Shown in pieces: positions 58,787 to 64,000 of a DNA stretch of 64,000 nt (position 1 is its first letter; the number at the start of each line of letters is the position of its first letter). A model generated the notes under the pieces. It worked only from the letters and a program-made list of their open reading frames with translations. It made no database searches and was not told the origin of the DNA. Source of the stretch: Obrimoposthia wandeli (Eukaryota); the NCBI GenBank assembly GCA_977020255.1, contig CDROCS010002105.1:434001-498000 (forward strand), given 5' to 3'. Both the position numbers and the translations under genes were made by a program.

Positions 58787-61666
58787 TTAATCTTCGATGT
58801 AGCTTTCGATACTTGGGCAAGAACAGATTAAGTTACGGTCACCGAATACGTTATCAACGCGGTTCACTGTTGGCCAGTATTTAGATGCTCGAGTGTGATC
58901 TGTTGGGAAGCAAGCAACTTCACGGCTGTAAGCACGGTTCCACTCAGTTTCCATTAAATCTGCTTGTGTATGCGGAGCATGTACCAACGGATTGTCGTCG
59001 ATTGGCCATTCACCTTCTTGAACGCGTGCAATTTCTTGACGAATTGCAATCATCGCATCGCAGAAACGATCAAGCTCAGCTAAATCTTCAGATTCAGTCG
59101 GTTCAATCATTAGCGTACCAGCAACAGGGAAAGACATGGTTGGCGCATGGAAACCGTAGTCCATTAAGCGCTTCGCTACATCTTCTTCAGAAATACCAGA
59201 TGCTTCTTTTAGTGGGCGAATGTCGATAATACATTCGTGAGCAATACGGCCTTCAGTACCACGGTAAAGAATAGGGTAGTGCGGACGTAGACGTTCCATT
59301 ACGTAGTTTGCGTTCAAGATAGCAAGCTTAGTTGCCTCAGTAAGGCCTTCTTCACCCATCATCGCGATGTAAGCGTATGAGATAGGAAGAATAGAAGCTG
59401 AACCTAGCTCTGCTGCAGAAACTGCGTACTGTTGACCTTCATCAGACGTCGATTGAACGTGACCCGGAAGAAAAGGTGCTAAGTGCGATTTAACACCAAT
59501 AGGACCCATACCCGGACCGCCGCCGCCGTGTGGAATACAGAACGTTTTGTGTAGATTAAGGTGCGAAACATCTGAACCGATAAAGCCAGGGTTAGTTAAA
59601 CCAACCTGTGCGTTCATGTTGGCGCCATCAAGGTAAACCTGACCACCTGCATCATGTACAAGGTCACAGACTTCACGTACAGCTTCTTCGTATACACCGT
59701 GTGTAGAAGGGTAGGTGATCATGATGCATGATAGGTTATCACGATGTTTTTCGATCTTAACTTTCAGATCTTCAACATCGACGTTGCCTTTTTCATCACA
59801 ACCTACAACTACAACTTTCATTGATACCATTGCTGCTGATGCAGGGTTAGTACCGTGCGCAGAACTTGGAATCAAACAAACATTACGGTGGCTGTCGCCA
59901 TTGTGCTGGTGGTAACGCTGAATCGCGATAAGGCCGGCATATTCACCCTGCGCGCCAGAGTTTGGCTGTAGAGAGAATGCATCGTAACCCGTTACAGAAC
60001 ACAGCATTTCAGAAAGCTTAGAGGCAAGCTCTTGATAACCTTTAGTTTGATCTGCTGGTGCAAATGGGTGCAATGAACCGAATTCAGGCCAAGTGATAGG
60101 AATCATCTCTGCTGCTGCATTCAACTTCATTGTACAGCTGCCTAGCGGGATCATACCGTGTGTCAGCGAGTAGTCTTTGTTTTCAAGCTTCTTCATGTAA
60201 CGCATCATTTGCGTTTCACTGTGGTGCTCGTTGAAAACAGGGTGAGTGAGGTACTTACTTGTACGGCGGCAGCTTTCTGGAATTGCAGCAAATTCGTCAG
60301 CAGCAATATCTGCTGTGAACATCGATGCTTTTAATTCGTTGCCAGTAAAGATAGCAAGTAGCTCTTCAACGTCAGAAACCTTGGTGGTTTCATCTAGGCT
60401 AATACCTAGTTGAACGTCATACTTACGCAGGTTGATGCCTGCTGCTAGTGCTTTTTTGTAGAAATCTTCAGTTTTCTTGCCAGTGTTAAGCGTAATTGTA
60501 TCGAAGAATGTATCACTTGCTAGCTCGATACCTGAATTACGTAAACCTGCAGCAAGAATTGCTGTTAGGTGGTGAACACGACGGCCAATTTTACGAAGAC
60601 CTTCAGGACCGTGGTACAGGGCATAGAATGCAGCCATATTGGCTAATAGTGCCTGTGCGGTACAGATGTTCGATGTCGCTTTTTCACGACGAATGTGTTG
60701 CTCACGCGTTTGCATTGCCATACGAAGAGATTGGTTGCCTCTCGCATCTTTAGAAACACCGATGACACGGCCTGGCATAGTACGCTTGTGCTTGTCTTTT
60801 GTTGCCATGAAACCAGCGTGTGGACCACCGAATCCCATTGGTACACCGAAGCGCTGTGCACTACCAATCACTACGTCTGCGCCCATTTCACCAGGTGCTT
60901 TAAGCAATGTTAGTGCTAATAGATCAGACGCTACAGCAACCAGTGTTTTTTTCGCGTGTGCTTTTTCAATGATGTCTGTTAAATCAGCGATGACACCCGT
61001 TGTTCCTGGATATTGTACTAAGGCACCGAATACATCGTGGTTATCTAGTTCTTCAACTGAACCTGTGATAATTTCAATGCCAATGTATTCTGCGCGTGTG
61101 CGAACAACGTCAACTGTTTGAGGGTGTAAGTCGTTAGAAACAAAGAAGGCTTTGCTTTTACTCTTACCTGCACGCAAACACAGTGTCATTGCTTCTGCTG
61201 CTGCTGTTGCTTCATCAAGCAAAGAGGCGTTTGCCAGTTCCATGCTTGTTAGGTCCATAATCATCTGCTGGTAATTAAGCAGAGACTCAAGACGACCTTG
61301 AGAGATTTCAGGCTGATAAGGTGTGTACGCAGTGTACCAACCTGGATTTTCAAGCACGTTACGAAGCACAACATTTGGCGTTAGGTTGTTATAGTAACCT
61401 TGACCGATATAGCTACGATTAATGATGTTCTTGCTTGCAATCGCTTTAAGAGAAGTCAGCATGTCTGCTTCACTTTGTGCTGGATCCAGCTTCATTGGTT
61501 CAGGCAGACGAATATCTGCTGGAACTGTTTGCGCTATTAGCTGCTCAACGCTTTCTGCTGAAATTGCTTTCAGCATAATATTTTGTTGTGCAGCATTGGG
61601 GCCATTGTGGCGACCCGCAAAATCTTGGTCGTCGCTTAAAGCATTTAGAAGAGTCATGTCGGTCAT
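58787..61666 (-). CDS. gcvP: Glycine dehydrogenase (glycine cleavage system P protein)
   Basis: [37 protein letters not shown] site; start MTDMTLL after RBS. Confidence 0.98.
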   Translation of the reverse strand: MTDMTLLNALSDDQDFAGRHNGPNAAQQNIMLKAISAESVEQLIAQTVPADIRLPEPMKLDPAQSEADMLTSLKAIASKNIINRSYIGQGYYNNLTPNVVLRNVLENPGWYTAYTPYQPEISQGRLESLLNYQQMIMDLTSMELANASLLDEATAAAEAMTLCLRAGKSKSKAFFVSNDLHPQTVDVVRTRAEYIGIEIITGSVEELDNHDVFGALVQYPGTTGVIADLTDIIEKAHAKKTLVAVASDLLALTLLKAPGEMGADVVIGSAQRFGVPMGFGGPHAGFMATKDKHKRTMPGRVIGVSKDARGNQSLRMAMQTREQHIRREKATSNICTAQALLANMAAFYALYHGPEGLRKIGRRVHHLTAILAAGLRNSGIELASDTFFDTITLNTGKKTEDFYKKALAAGINLRKYDVQLGISLDETTKVSDVEELLAIFTGNELKASMFTADIAADEFAAIPESCRRTSKYLTHPVFNEHHSETQMMRYMKKLENKDYSLTHGMIPLGSCTMKLNAAAEMIPITWPEFGSLHPFAPADQTKGYQELASKLSEMLCSVTGYDAFSLQPNSGAQGEYAGLIAIQRYHQHNGDSHRNVCLIPSSAHGTNPASAAMVSMKVVVVGCDEKGNVDVEDLKVKIEKHRDNLSCIMITYPSTHGVYEEAVREVCDLVHDAGGQVYLDGANMNAQVGLTNPGFIGSDVSHLNLHKTFCIPHGGGGPGMGPIGVKSHLAPFLPGHVQSTSDEGQQYAVSAAELGSASILPISYAYIAMMGEEGLTEATKLAILNANYVMERLRPHYPILYRGTEGRIAHECIIDIRPLKEASGISEEDVAKRLMDYGFHAPTMSFPVAGTLMIEPTESEDLAELDRFCDAMIAIRQEIARVQEGEWPIDDNPLVHAPHTQADLMETEWNRAYSREVACFPTDHTRASKYWPTVNRVDNVFGDRNLICSCPSIESYIED

Positions 61667-61866
61667 GGTTCTTTCCTGAACAGTTGCTACCAATTACATC
61701 CATTGTGATTCAATGATCTGACGTAATTGCTATAAGTCATCGGAGTATTGCTTAAAACGGCCTTTGATTGGTATCTGTAGAAGCAAGTGTCTAAAAGAAG
61801 ACACCGCTCAACCAAAAGCCGAGATTTACCTAGTTTTCAAGAGATACTTAGATTTCGATAGAGACC

Positions 61867-62244
61867 TTAGTCTTCGATAGATTCTAAGTATTTGTCACCA
61901 GCAGTAAGCTTCGTCAGCTCTTCAACGTCGCTGATCTTAATTTTAGCAATCCAGCCGCCTTCGTACGGTTCTTCGTTTACAAGCTCTGGGCTATCTTCTA
62001 GTTCTTCGTTGATTTCAACAATTTCACCAGTAACAGGAGCGTAAATATCAGATGCTGCTTTTACTGATTCAACAAGAGAGAATGTTTCGCCTGCTTCAAC
62101 TGAATCACCAACTTCTGGAAGATCCACAAAAACCACGTCGCCTAAAAGACCTTGAGCGTGGTTAGAAATGCCCATGGTGATAGTGCCGTCGCCGTTATCA
62201 CGAACCCACTCATGGCTTTCAGCAAACTTAAGTGTATTTTCCAT
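61867..62244 (-). CDS. gcvH: Glycine cleavage system H protein
   Basis: [15 protein letters not shown] lipoyl-Lys motif. Confidence 0.98.
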   Translation of the reverse strand: MENTLKFAESHEWVRDNGDGTITMGISNHAQGLLGDVVFVDLPEVGDSVEAGETFSLVESVKAASDIYAPVTGEIVEINEELEDSPELVNEEPYEGGWIAKIKISDVEELTKLTAGDKYLESIED

Positions 62245-62415
62245 TTTAAACTCCTCGCGTAAATGTTCCGCAGATAATGTTTTTTTTAAAAGCGTGCTGT
62301 TTATACAGACAGGCCATTTGAATTAATCATTTTTGTTGTTACATGCTCTCTATAACGATGTTCTTCATAAAAAAGAGGTGTTACGAGAGCATGATATGTC
62401 GGTAAATTTTGGTTT

Positions 62416-63711
62416 TTACTGGTAAAGCGGGAAACGGCTACACAGCTTCTGAACTTGCTGTTTAACATGTTTTTCCACTTCACTGTTGTCTTCTGGGTTA
62501 GCCGCTAGACCGTCTAGTACATCGCCAATCCATTCACCAATTTGCTTGAATTCGTCATTGCCGAAGCCACGGCTTGTACCTGCTGGTGTGCCTAAACGAA
62601 TACCCGAGGTTACCATTGGTTTTTCAGTATCAAACGGGATTCCATTTTTATTACAAGTGATGCCTGCACGTTCTAGTGCATTTTCAGCAGCATTACCTTT
62701 CAATCCCTTAGGGCGAAGGTCAACCAACATCAAATGGGTATCTGTTCCGTTAGTTACAATATCGCAGCCACGATTTTGTAGTACTTCGGCTAATACTTTG
62801 GCGTTGCTAATCACATTTTTGATATAAATTTTGAAATCAGGTTCTAATGCTTCACCAAATGCGACAGCTTTACCCGCAATAACGTGCATCAACGGACCAC
62901 CCTGAAGACCAGGGAATACCGCAGAGTTAATCTTTTTATTGATGTCTTCTAGGTTTGTTAGAATCATGCCACCACGCGGACCACGTAACGTTTTGTGTGT
63001 TGTTGTGGTAATAACATGCGCATGTGGGATAGGGCTAGGGTGTTCACCCGCAGCAATAAGGCCTGCGATGTGTGCCATATCAACCATTAGGAAAGCGCCA
63101 ACTTCATCAGCGATTTCACGGAATTTTGCAAAATTGATTGTACGAGGAATAGCTGAACCACCCGCAATAATCATTTTTGGTTTGTGCTCGATAGCCAGTT
63201 CACGCACTTGGTCATAATCAATTTCTAGAGTGTCTTTGTTCACGCCGTATTGAACAGCATCAAACCACTTACCAGAAAGAGCAGGGCGTGCACCGTGTGT
63301 TAAGTGGCCGCCAGCATCCAAAGACATACCTAAGATAGTGTCACCAGGTTGAAGCAGTGCAAGCATAACTGCACCGTTTGCTTGAGCGCCAGAGTGAGGC
63401 TGAACGTTAACATATTCACATTGGAATAATTGCTTGGCACGAGCGATAGCGATCTTTTCTACTTCATCAACATGTTCACAACCACCGTAGTAACGACGGC
63501 CCGCATAACCTTCAGCATACTTATTGGTTAAACAAGTACCTTGTGCTTGCATTACTGCTTTAGAAACGATGTTTTCAGAGGCTATCAGCTCAATTTGCTG
63601 ATTCTGGCGGTTAAGCTCAGCTTCGATACCTGCGTTAACGGCACCGTCAACCTGTGCAAGGTTGGTTGAAAAGAACATTTCTAAATCATGATTTTGATAC
63701 GAAGCTTTCAT
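62416..63711 (-). CDS. glyA: Serine hydroxymethyltransferase
   Basis: [27 protein letters not shown]. Confidence 0.98.
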   Translation of the reverse strand: MKASYQNHDLEMFFSTNLAQVDGAVNAGIEAELNRQNQQIELIASENIVSKAVMQAQGTCLTNKYAEGYAGRRYYGGCEHVDEVEKIAIARAKQLFQCEYVNVQPHSGAQANGAVMLALLQPGDTILGMSLDAGGHLTHGARPALSGKWFDAVQYGVNKDTLEIDYDQVRELAIEHKPKMIIAGGSAIPRTINFAKFREIADEVGAFLMVDMAHIAGLIAAGEHPSPIPHAHVITTTTHKTLRGPRGGMILTNLEDINKKINSAVFPGLQGGPLMHVIAGKAVAFGEALEPDFKIYIKNVISNAKVLAEVLQNRGCDIVTNGTDTHLMLVDLRPKGLKGNAAENALERAGITCNKNGIPFDTEKPMVTSGIRLGTPAGTSRGFGNDEFKQIGEWIGDVLDGLAANPEDNSEVEKHVKQQVQKLCSRFPLYQ

Positions 63712-64000
63712 TCACGTTATCCTCAAGTCGAGCTCCAAGGCAGTTAAGCATTTATCAGAGCCGTTCATATTTGTAGGTATGGTTTATTCTAATTTTAATA
63801 ACGTTTCGTCTTGTTTTATCTTGGCAGTGAAGAGCAATACTGCCAACAAGTACGTAACATACCCTTCTATAGATAGCCGATCAAACAAAAATTTCCAATA
63901 GTGAATTTTTATCTCTTTTAATGCTGGTTATTGTACGCAAACGTTTGCGTGCTGTCATGTGAATTCCTATTATAAGGCCAAATTGTTAGTCAATTTCAGT

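Noticed and set aside
63712-64000. Possible glycine riboswitch upstream of glyA-gcvH-gcvP
   Set aside because: No GGAGA/GAAGG aptamer cores or tandem structure visible in the available sequence.
1-64000. CRISPR array, tRNA/rRNA, integron integrase, prophage or recognised defence system
   Set aside because: No regularly spaced repeats, RNA gene signatures, tyrosine recombinase, phage structural genes or known defence motifs were seen by eye; a dedicated search was not possible.

Overview
AT-rich Vibrionaceae DNA, most likely Photobacterium. The GcvP N-terminus resembles P. profundum GcvP as I recall it; this was not verified by a search. The content looks like chromosome II. The window has two parts. 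(1) About 1.3-38.2 kb is an accessory patchwork. Intact metabolic and regulatory modules include permease-thioredoxin-SigZ, an SDR pair, a PLD lipoprotein, a PepT/M20D/DcuC-type/M20 hydrolase cluster, pirin-yqjG-LysR, an MFS transporter, a TPP-dependent 2-keto-acid decarboxylase, LysR-DsbA, and MarR-amidohydrolase/NTF2 fusion-Fe-ADH. These are mixed with a 1782-bp direct duplication, deletion-collapsed shadow copies of neighbouring genes, integron attC-like remnants without an integrase, IS6 and IS3 relics, and an orphan structured non-coding element. (2) About 38.4-64 kb is core-like: a PeuA-like TonB receptor with a TonB2 (ttpB-ttpC-exbB-exbD-tonB-ttpD) system, the ChrR/RpoE photo-oxidative stress locus, a nitroreductase, a D-aminoacylase, and gcvP-gcvH-glyA. 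In the ChrR/RpoE locus the DUF523/DUF1722 gene and the photolyase are interrupted by tight lesion clusters, which may be a sequencing artefact. No rRNA, tRNA, CRISPR array or intact transposase/integrase was seen. The most interesting candidates are the orphan hairpin-rich element at 20.9-21.1 kb (possibly an IS110 non-coding end), the duplicate-and-collapse pattern around the pirin-yqjG-LysR-MFS block, and two uncharacterised catabolic modules. All family assignments come from motif recognition, not database searches.
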